DNA of 64,000 bases from positions 806,001 through 870,000 of the forward strand of contig NW_027191406.1 in assembly GCF_041146345.1 (NCBI RefSeq), written 5' to 3'. The notes below the pieces were generated by a model that saw only the letters and a list, made by a program, of their open reading frames with translations, ran no database searches and was not told the DNA's origin. The position numbers and the translations under genes were made by a program. The stretch comes from Neodothiora populina (lineage: Eukaryota). Shown piece after piece: positions 1 through 12,447 of the stretch; position 1 is the stretch's first letter; each line of letters opens with the position of its first letter.

Positions 1-1480
1 GTAGTGAGACCGGAATAAGTGTGAGGTAAGGCACCAGGATATACAGAATCGGATAGCTGAGTGCCACCAGACGGAATGTCTTGATGCTACCAAGCTTGCG
101 GTTGACCATAGGGAATATGAAGATTGTAACGAACATCTGGATAAACCCTTGGACTGATAGAATAAATCCAATCTGCTTCGTTGGCAATGCAAAGCCGCCG
201 ACAAATCTGAATGGAAGTTTTGGAGCTTGGCCGGATTCTGGCATACTGAAAAGGACTGGAAGTAGTTGCTCAGCAGATATCGTGTGATAAGCCAAGATGC
301 CGTATGAAACAATGTTCAGAATGACCTGTCGTGTGAAAGGATTGGGGAGGGCGGGTCGAGAGGGCCGCGGCAGTGGCTTGATCATGTCCTGTAGCTGCGG
401 TGGCAAATCTGCTACCACCACAGGAGTCAACGTAGGGGAGGATTCCTGGGACGAGTAGCCTGGTGGTGAGTCGGCGAGTAGATTCAGCGACTCCTCACCA
501 AATCCAATCTTCTCACTTCCCCTTGCAGGGCGAATCAAACCAAGAAGCCATTTTCCAGCTTCCAGACCAATGTCCTTGCGTTCTTTCTTGTCTTCGTGCG
601 TTTCCTCTAGAAACAAAATACCGACAACCATACCGAACACGACTACTCCTGTGCACACAATATTAGGAAGCAGATACGGATATGTCGCGAAGATCGAGTC
701 TTCACTAAAGTAGCCAGGGTAGTTGCGGACAGGATCCGCCAGAGTACCACCAAGTCCAGATCCAATGATTGATCTAAAAGCGATTAGCCAATATAGTGAT
801 GTAATCAAGACATGCACTTACCCGAGGCACCAGACAAATGGCATAATTGAGTATGCACGAGCTTCGAGAAAGTCAGTCAGAACGAACTCGATAGAGCATG
901 CAGTAGCAACAAACCTTGATGAGCTTCTACCGTCACAACCTCAGCCACTGTCGTTTGTAGTACTCCAATGTTGCTATTCAGAGTCAGTATGAGATGTTGG
1001 TCACTTGAAGAGATCTTCTGTCACGAACCCGTTCAAAAGTCCACCCAGCGCACGCGCTATTAGTGCCGAGGTCAAGTTGGGCGCAAATCCGAATGCAAGC
1101 ATACTGATACCGGTGCCAGCAAGGCCCATAAGCAGAATAGGCTTTCGCCCAAATTTGTCGCTCAATCGTCCCCATACCACCCCGGTAGAGAACTCGGCGA
1201 ATGCGAAAGCTGATGTCACCATGCCAGCATACAAGGCGATCTTCTTTTCGTCATCCGTGATGTGAAAGGAAGAGACCATGTAGTAGACATATGGAAATAT
1301 GGACATGAAAGCAATTGGCTCGCATATCCGACATAAGGCTGGATGATCACGTCAGTCTGGATTTCATGGGCAAGTAGACGACAATAATGACTGTTTCTCA
1401 CCTAAAACGAACAACTGACGTGTGGGGAAGGCAGTCTGGCGCTTCCCGGACTGCCATTGACTGGCTTGTGGAGCTGCCAT
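1..1480 (-). CDS. MFS transporter (ZIFL1/YCR023C-like), spliced, 3' end runs off the left edge
   Basis: ATG at 1480 gives MAAPQASQWQSGKRQTAFPTRQLFVL. A GTGAGA donor at 1401 splices to ALCRICEPIAFMSIFPY, followed by MFS motif A (WGRLSDKFGRKP) and ARALGGLLNG|NIGV. Further TM exons continue to base 1. Confidence 0.85.
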
Positions 1481-3504
1481 GAGTGTGGTCGAGAGCCAGT
1501 GGTATGAAGGAGATTGGTGGTGTAACTTAGACAGCCAAGGGTAAGGTTTGGGACAAGCTGTGTCAGACCTCGACCTTGAAAATGGGGTCGCTCTTTCTTA
1601 TCACAAGTTCAGAGAGATCTCGGACAAGACACGGCAGCAGAATGTAGAGATAATTGTGTCACACGGGAGCAATATGATCCACAGATTCGGGATTGGAAAG
1701 CCAACGCACAGGAAGTGGCAAAGGGCAGAATGTCACCAAGGCAGAGGGAATGAACAACCACGTAGCGGGGCGTGGGTAGACGGTGAAGAAGATGATGAAG
1801 AGATGCAGACCCACGGCGGCGTGAGCAATCGCACGACCTCGATCCAATTATCGCAGCGACCCAGTGACGATCGAAACGAGGGACAGTCCCCGTTTGAGAC
1901 CCGGGAACCCATCATGGATGGTCTTGTCAGTAGTGTGAGCATATGGCGATTGCTTCTGCCCCTGTCCATGGTCGAAACTCTGAAGAACGATTTGAAACCA
2001 CGGCCTAGGTCCGTGACACGCACGCTAAGAAGTTCCGCGACCTCGGATCTGGACAGCCGATCCAATGGTCCTTACCGGGGAGCTCGCGGGACGGTTGCCG
2101 CCTTAAAGTATCGTCGCCCTACTCTCGTATGGCTCCAACTCACAAGTGCGCCCCGAGATGATTGTAGGTAAATTGTTGGTAGTGTCGCCGCACGTATGTA
2201 CAGTGTGTCATCGGCACTCGTCTTTGCTGCTGCCCTCGAATAAACACGGCTCCGGTATATCGAGCACCTGCCACTTCTTGCAGGAAAGATGTAACCAGCG
2301 GTGAGACACGACAGCTCCGTGTCACGACCCAAGAGTCACCTCCCGCACGTTTAGCCTACCTAATAATCCTGTTCACCAGACGCGCATTTAGATGATGGAA
2401 GCTGAAATGCAGGCATGGCCCGATAGAGTGACTACGGCCATCGTGACTTGACCCGATGAGGGTTTCTGAGCTGCCTGCCGGCAAACAACAATCAAATCTA
2501 TAATAACTCCACTGGGCTGCGTCAACTATGTACCAGTACGGTGATCTGGGTATCGATATGGATGAACAGGCTTCGCAGTCAAACCAGGCCGATGGGCTCC
2601 GGCTGGATCGGATATGCAGCTAGTGCCACCCAGACAGAAGCTTCCAAGTGGATTCTGTGAAGAGCATCAGTGCCCTCGCTCCCTACTCAATCTTAAGCGG
2701 CTAGTTCAGGAACCGCTGTAAGGCTTAAGGTTCAGATTTTGGCCCGTCAAGGCTACACAAATTCTCCACTTGGTGGAGGGATGGGCAACAGCCCCCCCAA
2801 AGGTAAAACGTCATATTCCAGAAATCCTTCGTGCCCTCATAGCTTGTCTCTGATGCCCACATTAAATTATCTTTAGCTACCGCACTGTCCCGTGCCTCGG
2901 AGCAATGTGTACTTGCGATGCTATGATTTTTCTTGTTCGGCATATGTTAATGCATGGCCCCAACCCAAGGCCCCGAGATTGCGGGACCGCCTCGCATCGT
3001 TCGTGTACCAAGCAATTATTGAACGCGAACCGAGTCTACAGGAACATGTACAAGTGTACCCCTGCAACAGTATATGCGCCAGCAAGCCCGCCGTCACCCC
3101 AGAAAGCAAACAATCTATCGGCAAGCGAGCAATCAGTAATATTGCTAAAGAACCCAATCTTCCTTGCATGCGGGATCGGCCATCGTCTGTGGTCAATCGT
3201 ATGGCAGAATTACCCAGATGCTGGGTATCAAAATCGCTGCATGCATATGTTGTAGCCAACAAGCCCAAATCATTTGCTGAGCCTGAGCTAGTGTTGTTAT
3301 AGTATCTGGCATTGCACTAATTCATTGTATCCTATGTTCAGCATATGAGTCAAGATTGGACATCGCATATCCATTTCAAGAAAAGTGATTGTAGCTTTGG
3401 GGCAAGCCGCGCGTGACCTGTCATTTTCTTGCCCCTTCGGTCGTTGCACAGCGAGCAACACAGATGTGAGGCCCCCACCTCAACCCGCAACGACTGACCT
3501 GTCA

Positions 3505-4656
3505 ATGTCTTCCACACCGGATATGTGCGAGAGGCTCACTGCCTTTCAGACTCAGCAACGCCAACTGGACTTGTGCGTAATGTGTTCTATGTGATCGTGG
3601 TTGCCTAAAACCGCCCTGGCCGCGTAACTGACCTATCGACGTCGTATAGCGCCAGTGTGAAGCAAGCATGTCCGAAAGGCATATACTTCGCCCCTACACC
3701 TCGAGATCCCAATGTCTGGCAGGGTGTGCTTTTCGTGCGCAAAGGTGCTTGTTGCTTACAATGATTGCCCTCCACCTCTGACGTCCAGACAGGACCTTAT
3801 GCATCCGCGATCTTGAAGTTCAATATATTGCTATCGGTGTCTAGCCGACCTCCAGTAATCACAATATCCACCGATGTCTTTCACCCGCTTGTCACGCCCT
3901 TGACAACGTACACGTACACAAATAGCGACACTGGGGCCGACACAGTTAGTGCTACAGATGCAGATCGTCTGCCACCTGGCGGCTTTAGTCTCCGTCATGG
4001 CTTTCCAGAATGGTTTAGCTTAAGGAATGTCCGTTCTGAAGAGGAAGAGTCGGCGATGAGCAGACAGGCCGCACAGTCAGGTCAAGCATCAGAAGAGGCT
4101 GAGTCTTCAGAACAAAGTACGAGTAGGAGAACATCGGCATCCAGCCCAACTCAGGCAAGATGTGGTGCAGTTGACATCGCGCGTGTGCTGTACTATATGA
4201 GGAGCGCATTCGATTCTGTAGAACTACTCGATCAGGTGCCCCTTGAGGTTGCCGCAAATTCCGGCGCCTGGCACGCCTGGCAAGCGCATAGAGCAAAGAC
4301 TTCGGGCGACAAAGCATCAGGCAACCGTCCCGGACGTCTAGAAGGAGCTTCATCGCCATCTTCGATGGCTCAGCAGCCTGGGGGCGCGAGGAGACCTGGT
4401 CAGTGGAATTGGGAGGGTGTTTGGGAAGAGAGAGTGAGAAAGAGTATAAATGCTAGTATCTCCCAAGGCGCTCTCTACGGTATTGGTCAAGAAAGCGATC
4501 TGGTGGGTATCTATCGCTGTTCCTATGGATGCTCAAAGCTTACAGTTTCAGATCCACTTCCTGAATATAGATATCGACCAGGTTGCGCAGGAGCATATTT
4601 GGGGAGACCAGACCAACGTGAAAGCCGATCTGGTACCTGCCGCAATAGAGACATAA
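3505..4656 (+). CDS. ftsA: FTS/AKTIP-like ubiquitin-E2-variant protein (putative FTS-Hook-FHIP complex subunit), 4 exons
   Basis: Exons 3505-3572, 3650-3744, 3793-4502 and ~4551-4656 are joined by GT-AG introns. The spliced protein reads ASVKQACPKGIYFAPTPRDPNVWQGVLFVRKGPYASAILKFNI...DVFHPLV, which matches the AKTIP/FTS UBC-fold pattern (G-V/I-Y...W-x-GV-I/L-F-I/V-R-x-G-x-Y...FHPLV). Confidence 0.7.
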
Positions 4657-4782
4657 AAGCCAAAATTCGAATTTCCCATCGTTCCTGCCCATTCTGCTGA
4701 AAGATATACTTCACGTCTCACATTTATGAGCTAGCTTTAATCCCATCTGTTTCGTTCTTTTTCAGTCTCTTTACTGGACGCC

Positions 4783-6407
4783 ATGTTCTCTCTAAACAAA
4801 GAAAACATACCATTGCAAGTCCGCAAAGTCCGCAAAAGGGTTGAGGCTAAGAAGAGAGAACCAATAACAGCTCAAGAAGGGAAAGACTCGATCAGGGCAA
4901 GGACCCTCAGCGCAGCGGACAAGTCAAATGCAGCACTTCACGTAGGACTTTCGTGTCTGCCTGCAATTGATTGCATCGATACAAGTGAGGAGAACACTGT
5001 CTGGATTATGGTCAGAGTAGACGGAAGAGTGGTTGACATCAGTCCTGATTACATGACATCTCTCGACGTCATCATTGTCATTGATAATTCGTAAGCTTTG
5101 CCATGGATAAAGAGACCTTGCAGACAAGTACCGGAGTGTCTTCTAAACTTAGTATAATCAGATATGGTGCGTCTGCGCTTACATTACACTGCATGAAAGC
5201 GGTAGTCAAGCATATCGTGGGCTGTTTGCATGCGTCTGGAGACCATCTCGCTGTCTTCTCGACACACTGCCCTCATCCAGGATCTTGTCTCGGAAACAAC
5301 ACATCTGGTTGCCAGCTGCATGCCTTTAAGTCACCAGACTCTGCATTATTGGCGCATGAAATGATGCTTCTGGATCGTACTCCATCCATCCGAACCTGGC
5401 CAAAACACGGACTTGGTAATTTCTGGAAGCAGCTTATCCGATTAATTTCTCAGCACGCCTTAACCAATCAGTCGGGCCGACCCCATTTACCGGATGTAAT
5501 TGTCGTGTCTCCAGATCCAGATGAACATACCACTTATATCCAGCAGCTGTGTGATTGGCCAGTACATCGAATCAGATGCGGACTGTCGTGGAGCAAATTG
5601 GGCTCTGGTAGGGGCTTATGCAGTGGAGGCTGGTATATTGATATACCGTTGGAGTTTGCAGCCCCCAATATGTCTCATGACTCTTCGTTGGCACGCTCGT
5701 TGATTTCGAGGATGGTAAGCCAAGCTCGTTTTAGCATGCGCCCAAAGGAGTTGACTCACGTCGACATCGACTTCTCAAGCGCACAAGGCTGCAAGATCAA
5801 GGAGATCGTCAAGCCCCCACGAATTGGCACCCTGTCACCAGGGCAGTCTATCACCACCTTTGTGAAACTGACTGTATCGGCGCTACGAGCAAAGCCTGCA
5901 TCCCGTGATTGCAGCAGCGAAAGTCTTTTTGATGAACTGTTCGAGATGCTCGGGGAAACCAAGAAGAAACTACTCAGCACTACCGTCACTTGGGAGGTGG
6001 CAGACTTGGGTTCTGTCACTCGAACGACAATGACAGACACTTGTTACATACGCCGCACAAATCGCCAGTCAATTTGGGCCTCGGGACTGACATCAGCATC
6101 AGCTGGCCATGCTGTTGAATACGGCAAAGCAATGTTCGTAGCTAGGACTTCGCCACCAGAGGCTGCGGTCAGGCGACTGAAACGCAGGTCCGATCCAGCA
6201 TCATTAGCGAAAGATCATGAATCAGGCTTGCTACGGATACTGGAAGAACTCGAATTCCAGGCTTGGCGAGCAAATGGGCCTAATCGCACATCTTTGGCCT
6301 CTCACGATGCAGGCCTCCATGTTCCGACAACAATCACTCAGGATACGCAATCGATAGTCGAGCAAAGGTCGCGCGATGCCAGGCCTGTACCCTTGAAGGA
6401 GATATGA
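4783..6407 (+). CDS. Hypothetical protein with vWA-like domain
   Basis: ORFs 4783-5094 and 5103-6407 are joined by intron 5091-5161 (GTAAGC...CAG). The join gives LDVIIVIDNSYGAS (vWA beta1 with a degenerate MIDAS), followed by GDHLAVFST. Confidence 0.6.
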
Positions 6408-8582
6408 CGCGGTCTCTTAAAGGCCAATTTACCGACGAGTGTACAGATATCGTGTTATCACGGGAGTCACTTTCCAGCTGATTGAGGAACATTCTCTTGC
6501 TTATACAGCTACCCGAGATATGTGGGATGACGTGATCAGGCAAGACAAGGTATTGGGGCGGTGAGTACAGAATGCATCAGTAATGTTAGCCTGGGTGTAG
6601 GAAGGAAACGTTTGGCAGCAACACAAAGTCGGTCACGGTTCAGCCAATGTATCTGGAAGCGGGTGGATCGATTTACACTGCATCGTGACGGGTAACTGGC
6701 ATGACCTGATCTCTTCACGCTTCACGCTTCTGCTTAGACTGTGATGCGACCCCGTGCTGACGTGACATGCATATCTCTTGTAGAGCCCGGTGGAGCGGCT
6801 ACCTGCGGTGCAAATAACACAGCATGAGGCTCTCAGTAGTGCGTTGGTGGAGGGTTCCGAGTTGGTCGGAGTTATGTCTGTGTACGCTAGCTGGTAAGAC
6901 CCAGGGACCATATGGTCGGTTCCATATCTGGTTGGTCATCTAAGTATGGCGCTTAACCAGGTAATGCGCATCGGCCCTACGATACATGAAGAGTTGTCGT
7001 GGTCTTGCCCTGCGTTTTCCCCTGCACTCCATAGATTCGTTGGCACCAAGGGTCAAGTGAAGATCCAATCCCTATAAGGAGGTGCCCTACTGATCCATGT
7101 AGCTGTACTTTGGGTAGGTCTGCATGAAGCTTTATAGCAACTGGAGGTTGCAGGATCGAGAAAAGGCCAACCGGAGGGGTAAAGTCGATGGAGAAAGCCT
7201 AAGAAGTAGATGCATGTATTGGTACATCGCGCAGACTTTCAGGCTGAGTTAAGTTCATGACCTACCCTCATGCCATTCACCTTCTTGTCAGCCAAAGAGC
7301 GAGAACGCGGTGGCCGTAGTGTTGGTGCGAGGATTTGGATTGTGCAGGTGTAGTCAGGGCTGCAGCCTATTTGATCGTGTAGCTATATAACACGCGTCCG
7401 CGTTTGTTGGCTCACCATGCAGCATATAACAGCTGCATTCAGGATTCAAGAAGGGGGACAGTCAGCCACGGAGGCCGATGACTTACATCGACATCGCTAG
7501 CTGAAGCGCGTAGCTTTTCAGGTTGTCGCGAGCAGCCGGGATGTCCGACGGCAAAGTTACAGCGCTGCAGCAAAATTGCTGGGAGCCTTTCTCAGAGACG
7601 CGAAGCAGCAGTATTAAACCTTGTATTTATGTGTACGGAGCCAACGGGATCAGGCACACATATGATGCGAGGTCGGAATAGTAGCAGACATTCGATGGAG
7701 CGGCAGTCACAGCAATAGCACAAGAAGCCGCAGCTGCAGCCAGCAGCTAATGACGACAATACTGATTCAGCAGTGAAGGATGGGTGGGTCACTTCAACGG
7801 ATGCGAAGCCGAAGATGTGGTCTAAGGGCCGTTTCCGTGCGTTGTTCTTTCTGACAAACTCGGGACTTATTTCTTTGCAACACATGATAGTCACATATGA
7901 CCCACTATATCAGGATTCAATACTAGGTACAAGGAGTGAGCACAGACGGACATGAAGAAACATGATGCACCAAATTGGGAAAAGGCCAATGTACCGTAGC
8001 GACTTCATGATCTTCCGGACCGGCAAGCAGCAGCAGCACTGGCATAAGATGAAGTGCACACATGAATTCGAGAGAGGGCGCCAGTTGCAAATTGCTAACT
8101 TATTCCGATTGATTAAGCGCCCATGTGGGTTCATTAGACTTACAGTAGCTTTTGCCTTCTGCGCATATTCCGACTGCAAGTAAGTGATTTTTGATAGAGT
8201 GAGTACTTTCGTATCACGCACGGATTTGGTGTCGTAGTGGAGTATTCACACTAACTGCATTCATCAATAGTATCTCTCTACTATCCACTACCACCAGAAT
8301 GACAAAAAGACAACAATCACGACTTATCTAACAGTCCTTTCGATAGCACCCCCACCCACTTTTGCGTTTTGTATACAAGATACGGCGCAACAGGTACTTG
8401 TACATGCGAGATCGTCCGATTAATTGAGGAGTAGATACCTTCATTACGCCCAAGAAATGAAAAGATTGCTACACAGCTGCAAGACAACAATAATAACAAC
8501 ATAAGGTACATTTCGGAGAGGTCTCCTTTGGCTAGGTACCTGAGATAAAGTAATACTGTATGTAGTGTACCTGCTTTTTATG

Positions 8583-8606
8583 GCTTGCTTGCTTGCTCGC
8601 ACATTA

Positions 8607-8655
<49 letters not shown>

Positions 8656-8670
8656 CTGCCTTGCCTTGCC
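8583..8670. repeat. (GCTT)n tetranucleotide microsatellite
   Basis: About 12 perfect CTTG units at 8607-8655, with degenerate flanking units. Confidence 0.95.
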
Positions 8671-9824
8671 GTTGGACTGCTTGGGATTTGCAGGTCCGTA
8701 GCCCCAAAGACGACGATAAATAATCGAAAAGGCGACCAAGCTCTAGCTCCGTATAGTAGCATATCACAGTAGACTAAGGTGAGCTACTACAGTACCTAAG
8801 GTAGGCTTCCTTAAAGCAATGTAGTTCATCGCTCTGTTCTGCTTGCTCTTCTTCCTTTCTTCTTGATTAATTGATTGCTCGCTTGCGTGCTTGCTTGCTG
8901 CACTTGGTCTGTCTCCTTTATTCTCTATGAAATTATATTACTGCCGTCTCTGCTCGCCTAAATGATTGCTCGCCCGCTCGCTCTAGATCGACAACGTTCT
9001 TGTTTAGCTGAAAGGCTAGTATGACATGCGATACCCATGTTTTTGGAATTGTCTGAGGGATCGTGAAGGTCAATGCAAAGGCAAACTAAGGTACTGGATG
9101 GTGACGGGCCGTCGCGTACGCGATGTGCACTGCCCGCCTGTTCGTCCGTACTGCATAGCGGTTCATCTGTCTCTCTGTCGGAACCGGTCTGCCTCTTTCT
9201 ATCGGATATCGAGCCTGTTGATCTTTTCAGCTATGCCTTGGTCTCGCATTTGCTTCGCTGTGGGGTCTGTCTCGCTTTGTCTTGCCCTTGCTTCGCCTCG
9301 CTTTTAGATTACTGTTTCTCTGCTCTAATGGACGAGAGGAATAATGTACATTACATGTGCAGTAGATTATACATATATGTATAGTAAGATATGGTACTAT
9401 ATGTACTCACCACCCGACCTTACCTTGATGTACTGCGCTCGCCGGCAGTCATGATAGCCATAGTGAAGGTGATATCATCTGCAAGGCAGATATCTCACCA
9501 GTTCTAATTATCCTTTTTCCCTTTGAAAATAGGCGGGTTTGAAGTGGGAGGGGAGGCAAATCAAGAGTCTATGGAGTTGCTCGCGAGGGAAGTAAGTAGT
9601 AGACATGATTGTGGAAGATTCTCAGGATCAGGACTGATGAGGGGGAATGGAGGAAGGAGTTCGGTGCTCTTTGTTTGTGTTGGACAGATTTCAATAGGTG
9701 GGGAATGGATGGAGTAGAGTAAAAAGATGTGATTATGTGAGTCATATTCTATGCTCTGTTGTTCTTTTGTAATTCTATCTGTTCAGGAATATCATTGAAT
9801 CTAGGTAGTGTCTGCAACATCAGT

Positions 9825-11432
9825 TCAAGCTCTGCGAGTCACCTTCTCCAATCCACCCATCCAAGGTCTCAAGACCTCGGGAACACTCATACTCGACGTG
9901 TGCTCGTCCCAGTTGGCTTCCATGATGGCGGCCAAGACGCGCGGCACAGCGAGGGCAGTGCCATTGACCGTGTACGGCCACTCGTGCTTGCGACCGAAGC
10001 GGTCCGTCTTGACGCGCGTGGCGAGTCTCCGGGTCTGGTAGTCGGTGCAGATACTGGCGGAGGTGACCTCGCCCCAGCCCTCGTCCTTTTCGCGTCTCGA
10101 GGGGAAGAAAGCTTCAATGTCGATTTTGCGCGTCGCCGAGGCGCCCAGGTCGTGGGTGGGCATCTCGAGCACGCGACAGTGGAGACCCAGCGACGTGAGA
10201 ATTTCTTTCTGGATGGCGACCATTTCATCGAACAGAGCTTGCGAGGCGGGCGTGCTGGGCTGGTCAGTGAAGTGGGCGGCCTGGGCGGCCTGGAAGTCGG
10301 CTGGGTCGATGCTGCTGCTGGCGCCGTCGTCGGGCATTGTCCAGGCGAACATCTCGACCTTGGTGAACTCGTGCACGCGGTACAGACCCTTTGTGTCGAC
10401 GCCTCGAGCGCCGGCTTCGGCGCGGTAGCACCGTGACGCTCCAATGATCTTGAGGGGTAGGTCTGCTTCCTCGAGGATCGTGTTTGCTTTCATGGCGGCG
10501 AAGGGGATCTCCGCCGTGCCGGCTAGACAAAGAGTGGGTTTCGGCGACCTGGGATCGCGGTCCTTGTCCGAGCCTGATATCGAAGGCTGAGAGAGGGTGT
10601 ATATCTGCTGTTCATCGTTCTGGTCGCGGGGCTGGAAACCGCATGCGGCGGCTATGTGCGAATATATGATGGAAGGTGGCGAGACAACCCGCCAGCCGCG
10701 TTTCATGGCGGTCGCCAGAGCATATTGCACCAGCGCTTGTTCCAAAAGAGCGGCTTCGTTCTTCAAAAAGTACCATCCCCAGCCCGAGGTTGTCGCCGAG
10801 GCCTGGAAGTCGAGCAGGTCCAGCTCTTGCCCGATATGGACATGCGACTGCCATACACGATCGGATGACGATGATGAAGATGGCGGTGAGGGGTGGTCAT
10901 TCAGATATTCTTTCACTTCGGGCGTTCCACCATTCGGGGTGAAAGTGCTGCTGAGGTTGGGTAGTTCAATCGCCAGTCGATCGATCTCTTCCTGAATTTC
11001 TTTCTCATTGGCCTCGATGACGCTCAACTGGGACTTGAGTTGCCTGGCCTGTTCCAATAATTCTTCTCTCGTCGCCGGGACATCCTTGTCTCCAGTATCG
11101 CCATTATCATCGGTGCGGCCTAAGGCGTTCGACAGATGTTTCCTTAGGATGTTGTTGCGCTGTCGTAGACTGCGTGCCTCCCGTTGCTGCTCCTGCCACT
11201 GTTCGTGCAATTCGAGGATGCGCCATGAGTTCTTGGCTTGTTTCTTGTAATTGCGGTCTGTGCAATTCTGTTCATATAGTCCGGGAGCATTGCGGATGTG
11301 TCTGATGTCGATGGATGGCTTAGGCGCAAAAGAGGGCCTGGTGTATCTGCGTGATGCAGGTCTTCCGTATAGTCTGACGCTGTCCAGCAGGCGTCGTCGA
11401 CATGGTAGACACGTATGCGATGAGTTCATCAT
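9825..11432 (-). CDS. DIA4: Seryl-tRNA synthetase, mitochondrial type
   Basis: Intronless 535-aa ORF with an Arg-rich presequence, an N-terminal coiled coil, LAGTAEIP, motif 2 (CYRAEAG...GLYRVHEFTKVEMF) and motif 3 (TVNGTALAVPR). Confidence 0.93.
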   Translation of the reverse strand: MMNSSHTCLPCRRRLLDSVRLYGRPASRRYTRPSFAPKPSIDIRHIRNAPGLYEQNCTDRNYKKQAKNSWRILELHEQWQEQQREARSLRQRNNILRKHLSNALGRTDDNGDTGDKDVPATREELLEQARQLKSQLSVIEANEKEIQEEIDRLAIELPNLSSTFTPNGGTPEVKEYLNDHPSPPSSSSSSDRVWQSHVHIGQELDLLDFQASATTSGWGWYFLKNEAALLEQALVQYALATAMKRGWRVVSPPSIIYSHIAAACGFQPRDQNDEQQIYTLSQPSISGSDKDRDPRSPKPTLCLAGTAEIPFAAMKANTILEEADLPLKIIGASRCYRAEAGARGVDTKGLYRVHEFTKVEMFAWTMPDDGASSSIDPADFQAAQAAHFTDQPSTPASQALFDEMVAIQKEILTSLGLHCRVLEMPTHDLGASATRKIDIEAFFPSRREKDEGWGEVTSASICTDYQTRRLATRVKTDRFGRKHEWPYTVNGTALAVPRVLAAIMEANWDEHTSSMSVPEVLRPWMGGLEKVTRRA

Positions 11433-12447
11433 CGAGTGATTTGTTTTGTTGTTCTTGTGTTGATCTGTTGATTTTCAATCTCTATTTACTGTATGCGTCT
11501 GGTTGTATTTTACAGAACAGTCCGATAAGAAACCTTGAACCACTAACTTTGGCTCTAAAAGTCAGAAACAAGAGCTCCGATTAGGGCACAGTAGTATCTA
11601 TTGTAGCATACAGTAACAAGGTACAGCAAGATACTGTACAGTAACAGTATCAGTACAATGATAGTACTTACACAGCATTAACATGATAATCATGTCAGGC
11701 CTCTCAAGTCGGTCCAGTCGGTTCGTTCATGCATGATCTGCACAAACTGTAAATCTTGCACAAATTGCACAAAAGACCAGGATCCACGTCATATCTTGCC
11801 CTGTGTATCGCGTCTCCCAAAAGGCAGTTGCTGAAACGGTCCATTCCATTCTCACAGGGCAGTAACACCTAAAACGCCTTTGCAGTCTGCCTTGAACTGT
11901 ATATCATTATGAACCTGTTCCCGTGACTCTTTTCTCTTTGCCTCTTTCTCCTGTTCCCTGCTCTCTGCACGGAATAGCCCTTGCTGCCATGGAGCGTCGA
12001 GCTTCTAGGTCGAGGTGAGTCTACAGTATATATATTCGGTGGCTGTGTCGGAGGCAAGCCATGTCCAGCCGCCGTCATTTGTTTCCTGCCCGCTGTTTAC
12101 AAGTCGCGACCAACCCACCATTTCCTCATCCATTCGCCTTTCTTGCCGAATCAGTTCCTGCTCTTTGTCTTTCATTTCACATCCTGCGTTTGTGGGGAAA
12201 ACTAGAGTCTTTGCGCTTCCACAGTCTGAAAGACATCGATGCGCCACATTGTCTCTATCTTGACTTGAAGCGACTATGAGACACTCTTGCACTGTTGTGC
12301 GGAGACTCTACAATATCAGAGACTTCTTTGGCATTCACGTGTTGTAGGCCATATTCCTGCGCTCTCTCCTTGATCCCTGACGTGCTGCTGTAAATCCTTG
12401 CACCCTTTTCCCTACTAGCAGCAATACCACTACACCCCTCAGATCCT

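Noticed and set aside
1548..3302. ORFs of 110-207 aa between the MFS and ftsA-like genes
   Set aside because: Mostly non-ATG starts, overlapping on both strands, with no motifs. Treated as divergent promoter or UTR sequence.
9759..10995. Long antisense or alternative-frame ORFs over SerRS (similarly over DUG2, the TPT transporter and 32605-33645)
   Set aside because: Shadow ORFs caused by GC-rich codon bias of the real genes.
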